Assembly (NCBI GenBank): GCA_963823665.1
Contig: CAWGMQ010000004.1
Coordinates: 288,001 to 352,000, forward strand
Reading direction: 5' to 3'
Origin: an uncultured Planctomycetota bacterium
GTDB taxonomy: Bacteria > Planctomycetota > Planctomycetia > Isosphaerales > Isosphaeraceae
DNA: 64,000 nucleotides
Within the stretch, counting starts at the first letter, position 1. Each line of letters opens with the position of its first letter. Under the pieces are notes generated by a model, which saw only the letters and a list, made by a program, of their open reading frames with translations, made no database searches and was not told the origin of the DNA. The translations under genes and the position numbers were made by a program. Shown here one piece after another: positions 1-7,829 of this stretch.

Positions 1-875
1 GGTGAGGCTTGCTCCGGCTCCGAGGTTCGGCCGCCAGGCTCGAAGCGGCCGATCAGAATGGTCCGCAACACCTCACTGACCTCGGCTCCCGCGGCCATTG
101 TCGGGGCTGCCATGGCCTGGCGCGAGCGCTCTCCGTGGCGGCGGGGCCGGAGCAACTGGCCCAGCGAGGCTGCCTTGGCTTTGTGCTCGGATCCCCCCTG
201 GTCGCGGAGCTGCTGCAGCTCGGTGATGACCCGATCGAGGCCTTGGCCCTGGATGAACTGCATGGCGTAAAAGCGGACTTCCTCGTCCTGCCCCACCTCG
301 AAGACCGGCACGATGTTGGTGTGATGGAGTCGTGCCGCGGCGCGGGCCTCGCGGCGGAATCGCTCCTGGACCAGCCGGTTGCCGGATGCTTGCTTGGGCA
401 AGACCTTCAGCGCCACGCGACGGCCCAGCGAGATCTGCTCGGCCTCGTACACGACCCCCATCCCGCCCCGGCCGATCTCGCGGAGGATCCGGTAGTCGCC
501 GATTTGGGCCAGGGGGGAATTCGCGGTCCGGGAATCCCCGGTCTCCTTCTCCTTCTCCTCCTCGACCTGTCGGCCGCCCTCGGCCTGCTCGACCTGGACC
601 ATCGCCGGGAACAGCTCGCGGATCTCCTGGGCCAGCTCCGGGTAGCGATCGGGCGGGTGGGGTTCACGGTCGAGTGCGCCGCCCCCAGGACGTTCGACGG
701 CAGGCCGGGCCATGAAATCGGCCGCCTGGGGATAGGCCATCAGGAGCCGTTCCACTCCACGGCGCAGCTCGGCATCGCCACCGCAGGCGTGATCGAGATA
801 ATCGGCTCGCTCCGCCGTTGTCTTCTTGCCCAGCGCGGCAAAAAAGATCGACTCGACCGGTGACGAGGTATTCAT
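1..875 (-). CDS. Hanks-type Ser/Thr protein kinase, N-terminal part (runs off the window edge)
   Basis: Manual translation from ATG 875: MNTSSPVESIFFAALGKK..YLDHACGGDAELRRGVERLL..IGDYRILREIGRGGMGVVYEAEQISLGRRVALKVL..RFRREARAAARLHHTNIVPVFEVG..YAMQFIQG. It is missing from the ORF track because it has no stop in the window. Confidence 0.93.
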   Translation of the reverse strand, partial: MNTSSPVESIFFAALGKKTTAERADYLDHACGGDAELRRGVERLLMAYPQAADFMARPAVERPGGGALDREPHPPDRYPELAQEIRELFPAMVQVEQAEGGRQVEEEKEKETGDSRTANSPLAQIGDYRILREIGRGGMGVVYEAEQISLGRRVALKVLPKQASGNRLVQERFRREARAAARLHHTNIVPVFEVGQDEEVRFYAMQFIQGQGLDRVITELQQLRDQGGSEHKAKAASLGQLLRPRRHGERSRQAMAAPTMAAGAEVSEVLRTILIGRFEPGGRTSEPEQAS

Positions 876-1265
876 GGCATCGCTCCGATCCCGAAGGGCC
901 CTATCCTCATTGCGACACTACCTACGAGTTTTCACGTCACCTTTCGTTGCCGTCGATCCGCTCCGGGCACCGCCAGCCCGGCCGCACCGTCACGCCGTCG
1001 ACCGCTTGCGCGGCGGTCTCCGAACTGCCAGAGGGCAACCACCGGACCTGATGTCAGCAGAATCGAACGTCTCCTGGGTCGAGATCCTTCCTGACAGACG
1101 AAACACGTAGGTCCCGGCGCCGGGACGGACCGGCCGACAGCGCTCGAGATCCGCAGCGCGTGGAACGATCATTACGGCGGCCCGAAGATCGACCGGGGAC
1201 ACGGGACGACACAGAACGGGACCGACAGCGTCGGCCTAGAGCGACCTAGGGGTTGTCTCGAGACC

Positions 1266-1340
1266 TCGGACACCGATGGCTCAGGAGAGCGCGTTTATTT
1301 TGCTGTCATCAACGCGACAAAAGCGCGCGAAACCCCTCAT
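1266..1340 (-). promoter_or_regulatory. Leader motif copy 1 (putative ECF promoter or leader) upstream of the kinase
   Basis: Near-identical to 6562-6634 and 7461-7496. Minus-strand core is GGGGTTTCGCGCGC(G/T)TT(C/T)GTCGCGTTGA. Confidence 0.55.
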
Positions 1341-1447
1341 TCCTCTTGAAGAATTCTCAAGATTTTTTCGGAATGGCCACGGTTTTTGAGCTCGGCAAAG
1401 AGCCAGGTGCGGAGCGTAACCTTCTTGTCCATGTCCACTTCGGCTGA
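1304..1447. repeat. ~140 bp direct repeat, copy A (copy B at 7461-7604)
   Basis: tgtcatcaacgcgac...cttcttgtccatgtccactt aligns with few mismatches. Confidence 0.92.
1357..1420 (-). pseudogene. Orphan 3' end of a TIGR02999-type ECF sigma gene
   Basis: Aligns at nucleotide level with 13764-13824 (tttgagctcggcatagagccaggtgcgg), the YARTWLYAELK..stop end of the intact ECF gene. Confidence 0.75.
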
Positions 1448-1457
1448 CTGCATTGCC

Positions 1458-1608
1458 GGACAGGGGCTGACGCCCCCCGCTCAACCGGAACCGCCGATCG
1501 CAGACCCGGAACAGTTGATCACAGACAGGGGGCTGACGCCCCCCGCTCGCACGGAGCTGCCGATCATGGTCACGGAACTGACGCCCCCCGCTCGCCCGGG
1601 ACCGCCGA
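1458..1608. repeat. REP-like array (GGGGGCTGACGCCCCCCGCTC units, 3 copies)
   Basis: Hairpin-forming GGGGGC-TGAC-GCCCCC units with related linkers (the third copy is partial); the same unit occurs at 6523 and 7633-7786. Confidence 0.85.
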
Positions 1609-1657
1609 GCGCGCGCCGGAGGGAAGATCGGCCCACGAGGGAAGATCGCCGTGGCAC

Positions 1658-4600
1658 TCACTCGTAAATCACGGTCCCATAGATGTTGTTGCTGGTCGAC
1701 GCGAGGTTCTGCGCGACCGTCGATTTGTGGAGGGTGACCACCGCGCCGGTCGCGACGTAGAGGCCGCCGCCGATGCCTTCGCCGTTGCCAAACAGGCCGC
1801 TCAATGCCTCGTTCAGGAGGATATCCGACTGGTCGAAGCTCGCGGAGCCGTCCGCGCCGACCCGGGCGCCGCCACCCCAGGCATTGCCGCCTTTCGCTCC
1901 CGACCCGGCTCGGCCGCCCTGGGCGAAATTGCCGGTCACCAGGCCCGCGGTCATGGCCAGCGACGACGTGTCCGAGTTGCCGAAGACGTTGCCGATCGCC
2001 ACGGCAATGGCACCCCCGATGCCATTGCCGCCATTGGCCCCGGCGCCACCGGCACCCCCCTGGGCCAGATTGCGCAGGAAGAGCGTGTTGTTGACGGTCG
2101 CGGTCGCGTTATTCTCAAGAGCGAGACCGCCGCCGATGCCATCGCCACCGGCATCGCCGCTGGCCCCGGCACCGCCCTTTGCCGTGTTAACCATCACCGT
2201 GCTGCTGGAGAGCGCGACACTCCCGCCGTTGCTCAAGATGCCGCCGCCGATGCCATTGCCGCCGGCGCCGCCTAGGGCCTGGTTATTGCTGATGGTGCTG
2301 GAAGCGACGTGCAGCGTGGCCTGATTAAAAATGCCGCCGCCGGCGACGGCGGAGTTGCCGCTGACGCTGGTACCGGTCAAAGCGGTCGAACCAAGGGTGT
2401 AGTTGTCCAGCCCGCCGCCATTGCCGGTGGCGGAGTTGCCGCTGACGGTGCAGTTGCTCAGGATGGTCGTGCCGTAGTTGTTGCCGTCATAGGCAAAGCC
2501 ACCGGTGTACAACCCGCCTCCGCTCGCCGCCGAGTTGCGACTGACCGCGGTGTTGGTCGCCGTGGTCGTGCCGAGAAAGGAGGTGAACAGGCCGCCGCCA
2601 CTGCCGGTCACGGAGTTGCCGCTGACGCGGCAGTTGCTCAGGTTCGTCGCAGCGTAGCCCTTGAGTTGCGGGCCCCCGTCGAGGGTAAAGATGTCGCCTT
2701 CGGTGGCAACTCCGCCGCCGGAGCCAGCGGTGTTACCGCTGATGGTGCAGTTGATCAGAGTGGCCGTGCTGACGAAGCCAAGGGGCAGGTCGCCGAAAAC
2801 GGCACCGCCGTTCCGCACGCCGCCGCCCTCGCTGCCGGCGCTGTTGCCGCTGATGGTGCAGTCGTTCAGGGTGGTTGCGCCATAGTTAACCACGCCGCCG
2901 CCCGAGCCGCTGGCGGAGTTGTGGCTGATGGCGCAGCGATAGAGTGTGGTCGTGGCCGATCCGTTATAATCGCCGAATGACTTCCCGTTGGCCAGGCCGC
3001 CGCCGCCGCCGCCGTCGAAGGCGCCGCTGGCGGAGTTGCCGCTGACGGTGCAGTGCGTCAGCGTGGCTATCCCCTCGTTGTACACACCACCGCCATAGCC
3101 GGTGCCCCCGGAGCTATACGTGGCCGTGTTGTCCCTGACCGTGCAGTTCATCATGGAGAGCGCGGCCCCCGTGTCGTTCGCCACGCCGCCGCCGTTGCCG
3201 CCGCTGGCGGAGTTGCCGCTGACGGTGCAGTTGGTCAGACTGAGCGTGCCGTAGTTCAAGACGCCGCCGCCGCTGCCGCCGCCGGAATTGCCGTCGGTGA
3301 TCGTCAGGCCCGTGATGGATGCGGTGACGCCCGCGTCGACCTGGAACACGCGGCTGGCATTGTTGCCGCTGACCGTCACGCCCGCCGCCGGGCCTATGAT
3401 CGTCTCCGTCCCGGTCGTGTTGCTCAGCTCGAGCTGGCTGGCGCTCAGGGTGATCGTCTGGTGCCCGGCGAAGATGGTCGGGGCGAAGCTGATCGTGGCG
3501 GCGCCGGGTGTGATGTTGATGAGGCCGATAGCGCCGCTCAGGTCGAGCATGCCGGGGGGGCAGCCGCCGCCCTCGGCGGTCGTGTTGACCAAGAGCGGAA
3601 TGGGCTGAACCTCGAAAGCGCCGATGTCCACCGTGCCGTGGCCGATGCGGGCGTAGCCGCGCTGGTCGGTGGTGACGCCGCCAGGGACGAGGGCGTTACT
3701 GCCCGCATCGATCGCCGGGCTGCCAGGCAAGAGCGCCATGGTCTCGGTCGGCCCGCCGTAGGAGTCGAGCGGGGCCAGCAAGGGTTGAAGCGGCGTGGCG
3801 ATGGTGCCCGTCAGGTCGGAGCCAACCCAGCCGGAGCTGCCGTCGGTCTCGCCGATCAGGTTGTGGCCTGGGGAGGTAACGGCTCCGTAGACATCGGGCC
3901 CGCTGGTGTTAGCCGTGTTCCCCGCCACGATGGTGTTGCCCAAGGTCGCCGTGCCGTAGTTCTCCAGACCGCCGCCGGTGCCGTAGGCGTAGTTGCCGCT
4001 GACGGTGCAGTTGGTCAGCGAGACCACACCGAAGTCCGCCACGCCGCCGCCGCCGTCGCCGTAGGCGGAGTTGCCGCTGACGGTGCAGTTAGTCAAGGTT
4101 AGCGTGCCGCTGGACGTGCCCAGCCCGCCACCGCCGCCGCCGGTGGAGTTGCCGCTGATGGTGCAGTCAGTCAGCGTGGCCGCGGCGTGGAAGATGTTCA
4201 CGCCGCCGGATGAGAAGCTGGCGTAGTTCCCGGCGATGGTACAGTTGGAGAGCATGGCCATGGCACCGTATGTGACGTCGACGCCGCCGCCGGTGCGGGC
4301 CGGGGCGCCGCTAGCGGTGTTCCCGCTGACGGTGCAGTTGGTCAGCGTCAGCGTGCCGCCGCCGGTGCTGGCCACGCCGCCGCCGTAGCTGGCGGAGTCG
4401 CCGCTCAAGGTGCAATTGGTCAGGGTGAGGTTGCCGCCGTAGTTGGCCAGGCCGCCGCCATTGGAGGCGCTGCCCCCGGTGATCGTCAGTCCCGAGACTG
4501 ACGCCGTGACTCCCGAGTCGACCTGGAACACCCGGCTGTTCCCGCCGGCGCTTAATGTCACGCCCGCCGTCGGGCCCGTGATCGTCTTTTTCCCGCTCGT

Positions 4601-6400
4601 GTCGCTCAGCTCGAGCTGGCTGCCCGTCAGGTCGATCGTCTGCGGCGTCTCGAACACCGTCTTGTCAAAGGTGATCGTTTGGCCCGGGACGTCGTTGGCG
4701 CCCGCGATTGCCTCGCGCAGGCTGGTGGTGCCGCAATAGAATCCGAATGCGTCGGCGGTGGTGTTGACCACGAACCTGGGGGCGATCACGGTCAAGGTGT
4801 CGCCCGGGCTGGTGACGCCCTGCCAGGACGCGGTGATCGAGCTGGTGCCAAGGGCCAGGGCCGAGGCCAAACCGGTGCCGCTGATCGTGGCTACCGACGG
4901 TGTCGCCGACGCCCACGTCGTCACCGACTTGGTGATGTCCTCAGTCGAGCCGTCGGAGAAGGTGCCTGTGGCGTTGAACTGCCCGGTGACGCCCAAGGCC
5001 AGGCTCGGGTTGCTCGGTGAGAGCGCAATCGACACCGGCGGTGTGTTCGTGAGGCCAAAATAGGCCGTGCCTGAAGCGCCGTTGGCCGTGGCCGAGACGA
5101 TGTAGCTGCCGGCGAAACCGTTGTTCTCGGCCGTGACGCTCGCCGTGCCGCTGGCGCCGATGACTGCCGGGCTGCCGATGATCATCGCCGACGCCCCGCT
5201 GGCCGGCGGGGTGAATGTGACCAAACCCCCGGCCACCGGCTCGTTCGTATTGTTGGCGGTGACCGTCGCGACCAAGGGGTTGGGGAACACGAAACCTTCT
5301 GCTGTCTGGCCGCCTCCCGAAGTCGCTGCAATGGTGAACCCGCTAGACTCGAAGGCACCGATGTCCACGACATTGTTGACGATGCGCGGGAAGCCGGCGC
5401 CGCGCTGGTCGGTGGTGACGCCGCTTGGAATGAGGGCGATGTTGCCCGCGCCGATCGCCGGGCTCCCGGGCAGTTCGGCCATCGTCGGGGTCGGCCCGCC
5501 GTAGTTGCCCAGGGGCGCCAGCACGGGATTGAGCGGCGAGGCCACGGTTCCGGTCAGGTCGGAGCTGACCCAGCCTGAGCTGCCGTTGGTCTTGCCGATC
5601 AGGTTGTTGCCCAGCGAGGCGAAGGAGCCAAAGACATCAGGGAAGGAGCTGAACGCCGAGTTCCCGGCGACGATCGTGTCGGTCAGCGTGGCCATGCCGC
5701 TGGACTTGCGAATGCCGCCGCCCTCGAGGCTGACGGAATTGCCGCTGACGGTGCAGTCGTCCAGCGTGAGCGTGCCGGCATCGCGAATGCCGCCGCCAAC
5801 GGCGGCGAAGTTGCCATTGACGGTGCAGTTGGTTAGCGCAACCGTGCCGCCTTGGTTATTAATCCCGCCGCCCTGGGCCAAAAACCCGATGCCGCTGTTG
5901 CCGCTGATTGTGCAGCCGGTCAGCGTGAGCGTACCGCCAGAGTTGTCCAGTCCGGCGCCGTCGCCGCTCGTCGAGCCGCCGGTGATCGTCAGTCCAGAGA
6001 TCGACGCGGTGACACCCGAGTCGACCTGGAACACCCGGCTCGCGTTGTTGCCGGAGATCGTTACCCCTCCCTGGCCCGGACCCTCGTAGATCGTAGTGGC
6101 ATTGCTCGCGTTGCTCAGCTCGAGCTGACCCTGCAAGAGCGTGATCGTGGCCGGCCCGGAGCCCAGCTCGAGCTCGATGGCGCTGGGACTTGTCGCCGCA
6201 TTGGCCTCGGCAATGGCATAGCGCAGCGTGCCCGCGGTCAGAGTGGCTGGATCGGCCGTGCTGGTGACTGTGAATGTCGAGAGCAGCCGGCGGTCCTCTA
6301 GCGCCAGGAGCGCCGGCTGCAGCCGTTGTCGCCGCCGTTTCCGGGACTGGACTGTACCCCGCCTGCCTCTTCGCTGGTCTTTGGCTAAGCTAGTACGCAT
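1658..6400 (-). CDS. Large surface protein or adhesin: LEPR-XLL N-terminus, right-handed beta-helix repeats, choice-of-anchor-Q-like modules, Ig-like (Big_2) domain
   Basis: 1580 aa. RRRQRLQPALLALEDRRLLS; many T(I/V)SGNSA..GGG repeats; two LAPLxxYGGPTxTMAxLPGSPAIxAG..TTDQRG..DIGAFE modules; GQFNATGTFSDGSTEDIT..WASATPSVATIS. Confidence 0.9.
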   Translation of the reverse strand: MRTSLAKDQRRGRRGTVQSRKRRRQRLQPALLALEDRRLLSTFTVTSTADPATLTAGTLRYAIAEANAATSPSAIELELGSGPATITLLQGQLELSNASNATTIYEGPGQGGVTISGNNASRVFQVDSGVTASISGLTITGGSTSGDGAGLDNSGGTLTLTGCTISGNSGIGFLAQGGGINNQGGTVALTNCTVNGNFAAVGGGIRDAGTLTLDDCTVSGNSVSLEGGGIRKSSGMATLTDTIVAGNSAFSSFPDVFGSFASLGNNLIGKTNGSSGWVSSDLTGTVASPLNPVLAPLGNYGGPTPTMAELPGSPAIGAGNIALIPSGVTTDQRGAGFPRIVNNVVDIGAFESSGFTIAATSGGGQTAEGFVFPNPLVATVTANNTNEPVAGGLVTFTPPASGASAMIIGSPAVIGASGTASVTAENNGFAGSYIVSATANGASGTAYFGLTNTPPVSIALSPSNPSLALGVTGQFNATGTFSDGSTEDITKSVTTWASATPSVATISGTGLASALALGTSSITASWQGVTSPGDTLTVIAPRFVVNTTADAFGFYCGTTSLREAIAGANDVPGQTITFDKTVFETPQTIDLTGSQLELSDTSGKKTITGPTAGVTLSAGGNSRVFQVDSGVTASVSGLTITGGSASNGGGLANYGGNLTLTNCTLSGDSASYGGGVASTGGGTLTLTNCTVSGNTASGAPARTGGGVDVTYGAMAMLSNCTIAGNYASFSSGGVNIFHAAATLTDCTISGNSTGGGGGGLGTSSGTLTLTNCTVSGNSAYGDGGGGVADFGVVSLTNCTVSGNYAYGTGGGLENYGTATLGNTIVAGNTANTSGPDVYGAVTSPGHNLIGETDGSSGWVGSDLTGTIATPLQPLLAPLDSYGGPTETMALLPGSPAIDAGSNALVPGGVTTDQRGYARIGHGTVDIGAFEVQPIPLLVNTTAEGGGCPPGMLDLSGAIGLINITPGAATISFAPTIFAGHQTITLSASQLELSNTTGTETIIGPAAGVTVSGNNASRVFQVDAGVTASITGLTITDGNSGGGSGGGVLNYGTLSLTNCTVSGNSASGGNGGGVANDTGAALSMMNCTVRDNTATYSSGGTGYGGGVYNEGIATLTHCTVSGNSASGAFDGGGGGGLANGKSFGDYNGSATTTLYRCAISHNSASGSGGGVVNYGATTLNDCTISGNSAGSEGGGVRNGGAVFGDLPLGFVSTATLINCTISGNTAGSGGGVATEGDIFTLDGGPQLKGYAATNLSNCRVSGNSVTGSGGGLFTSFLGTTTATNTAVSRNSAASGGGLYTGGFAYDGNNYGTTILSNCTVSGNSATGNGGGLDNYTLGSTALTGTSVSGNSAVAGGGIFNQATLHVASSTISNNQALGGAGGNGIGGGILSNGGSVALSSSTVMVNTAKGGAGASGDAGGDGIGGGLALENNATATVNNTLFLRNLAQGGAGGAGANGGNGIGGAIAVAIGNVFGNSDTSSLAMTAGLVTGNFAQGGRAGSGAKGGNAWGGGARVGADGSASFDQSDILLNEALSGLFGNGEGIGGGLYVATGAVVTLHKSTVAQNLASTSNNIYGTVIYE

Positions 6401-6522
6401 GATGGTGCATCTCAGTTGATCATGAACAGATTCGGATGACTTACGGATCGAAATCGGTGGGTTTCACCTACCCTACGAATTTCTTGATATTTGCGCATGG
6501 CCATTCACGGATGCTGAGTGTG

Positions 6523-6551
6523 GGACAGGGGGCTCACGCCCCCCGCTCGCC
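6523..6551. repeat. Single REP-like unit
   Basis: ggacagggggctcacgccccccgctcgcc. Confidence 0.8.
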
Positions 6552-6561
6552 GCGGCCGGCA

Positions 6562-6634
6562 TCGGACACCCATTGCTCAAGAGGGCGCGTTTGTTTTGCA
6601 GTCTTCAACGCGACGAACGCGCGCGAAACCCCAC
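6562..6634 (-). promoter_or_regulatory. Leader motif copy 2 upstream of the adhesin
   Basis: tcggacacccattgctcaagagggcgcgtttgttttgcagtcttcaacgcgacgaacgcgcgcgaaacccc matches 1266-1337. Confidence 0.55.
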
Positions 6635-6663
6635 GAGGGCACGACTCAGCGCCTCGTTCGCGT

Positions 6664-7194
6664 TCAAGTCGCCGGCATCGTGACGTTCAAGTTGACCGTG
6701 AGGGTGAACTTCCCGGCGGGCTTCACGCTGTCTGGATTCCGGATCATCAAATCGAGCGAGCCCGATCCGCTGCCGCCGATTCCCTTAAAGTGCTTGGTGC
6801 CCTTGGTGATGGTCATCGTCACCGGGCCCGGGAGTCTGCCAAGTTCGGTCGTGTCCACCACCGTGTCCATCACGATGTTGCCTTTCGGCGTCGTCAGCGT
6901 AAGCGTGCCGGTCATCTGATAGTCTGGGCCCGAGACATTTTCCGACCCCTTCACCGTCGGATGACCCAACGGGGTGACAGGGCCCTTACCCGTGAGGTGG
7001 TACGGCCCATCGCCTCCCGCGGAAGTGAACGTGCCTTTGAGCGTGCCGGACACGTTGGTTACCGTGCTCGCATCCGGCAACTTGGTCACTAGCGCCGGCG
7101 CAGCGTGGTGTGTGACTGCCGAAAAGCCTGACAACAAGACCATCGATTCGAGCAACTCGACACTGGGACGGTGGCGGTACGTTTTGCGAATCAA
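6664..7194 (-). CDS. Small LEPR-XLL exported beta-rich protein
   Basis: GGAGGA RBS then TTG at 7194; RHRPSVELLESMVLLS; Thr/Gly-rich beta-strand body. Confidence 0.8.
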   Translation of the reverse strand: MIRKTYRHRPSVELLESMVLLSGFSAVTHHAAPALVTKLPDASTVTNVSGTLKGTFTSAGGDGPYHLTGKGPVTPLGHPTVKGSENVSGPDYQMTGTLTLTTPKGNIVMDTVVDTTELGRLPGPVTMTITKGTKHFKGIGGSGSGSLDLMIRNPDSVKPAGKFTLTVNLNVTMPAT

Positions 7195-7460
7195 GATGCA
7201 GGTCCTCCAGATAATGCAACCAGAGGGATCGAAACGGAAGGAAGTCAGCGATTGACATCGGGCGCACACTCACCCCGACGACCGAGAAGGGTCGCGACGT
7301 TCGACCGGGCTCCTGCCGGTCGATTCCGCCGCCACATTCACCCTGGCGCGGCGAAGCTGCAACCAAGAAGACCGCAGGGAGTCGACCGGGTTTGCCCCCA
7401 GCGCCTGCGCGTTGATCCAGCCCTCGGAGAGTGACGGCTCACTACGACGCGTTCACTCGA

Positions 7461-7604
7461 TGTCATCAACGCGACGAACGCGCGCGAAACCCCTCATTCC
7501 CCTTGAAGAATTCTCAAGATTTTTTCGGAATGGCCACCGTTTTTGAGCTCGGCATAGAGCCGGGTGCGGGGCGTAACCTTCTTGTCCATGTCCACTTTGG
7601 ATGA
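7461..7604. repeat. ~140 bp direct repeat, copy B: leader motif copy 3 (7461-7496) plus ECF 3' relic (7514-7577)
   Basis: Aligns with 1304-1447 and, over 7514-7577, with 13764-13824. Confidence 0.9.
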
Positions 7605-7632
7605 GACAATGACCTCGCTACGCCGAGTGGGA

Positions 7633-7786
7633 CGAGCGGGGGGCGTCAGTCTTCACGGCCGGACAGGGGGCTGACGCCGCCCGCTCACCCGGAACCGCCG
7701 ATCACAGACAGGGGGCTGACGCCCCCCGCTCGCACGGAACCGCCGATTACAGACAGGGGGCTGACGCCGCCCGCTCACCCGGAACT
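7633..7786. repeat. REP-like array: one inverted unit plus three tandem ~45 bp units
   Basis: acagggggctgacgcc(g/c)cccgctc..cggaaccgccgat(c/t)acag with a period of about 45 bp. Confidence 0.9.
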
Positions 7787-7829
7787 TCCTCTGACAAGTA
7801 TGAGACCGGTCGGTGTGAAGGACCGAACG

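Noticed and set aside
9..863. Long plus-strand ORF, and similar ORFs at 7653-9050(-), 37301-38902(-), 3053-4102(+) and 18518-19600(+)
   Set aside because: These are antisense shadows of real genes in high-GC DNA; the family motifs are on the opposite strand.
915..6490. Short shared motif CTAC(C)CTACGA.TTT at about 918-932 and 6467-6482, upstream of the kinase and adhesin starts
   Set aside because: Only two short imperfect copies, which cannot be told from chance without a genome-wide scan.
1266..7604. Integron cassette array
   Set aside because: No integrase in the window, and the repeats lack the attC RYYYAAC..GTTRRRY palindromic structure.
7633..7786. Possible CRISPR array (also 1458-1608)
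   Set aside because: The linkers are near-identical rather than unique spacers, there are only three units, one copy is inverted, and no cas genes are present. A REP/BIME-like array fits better.
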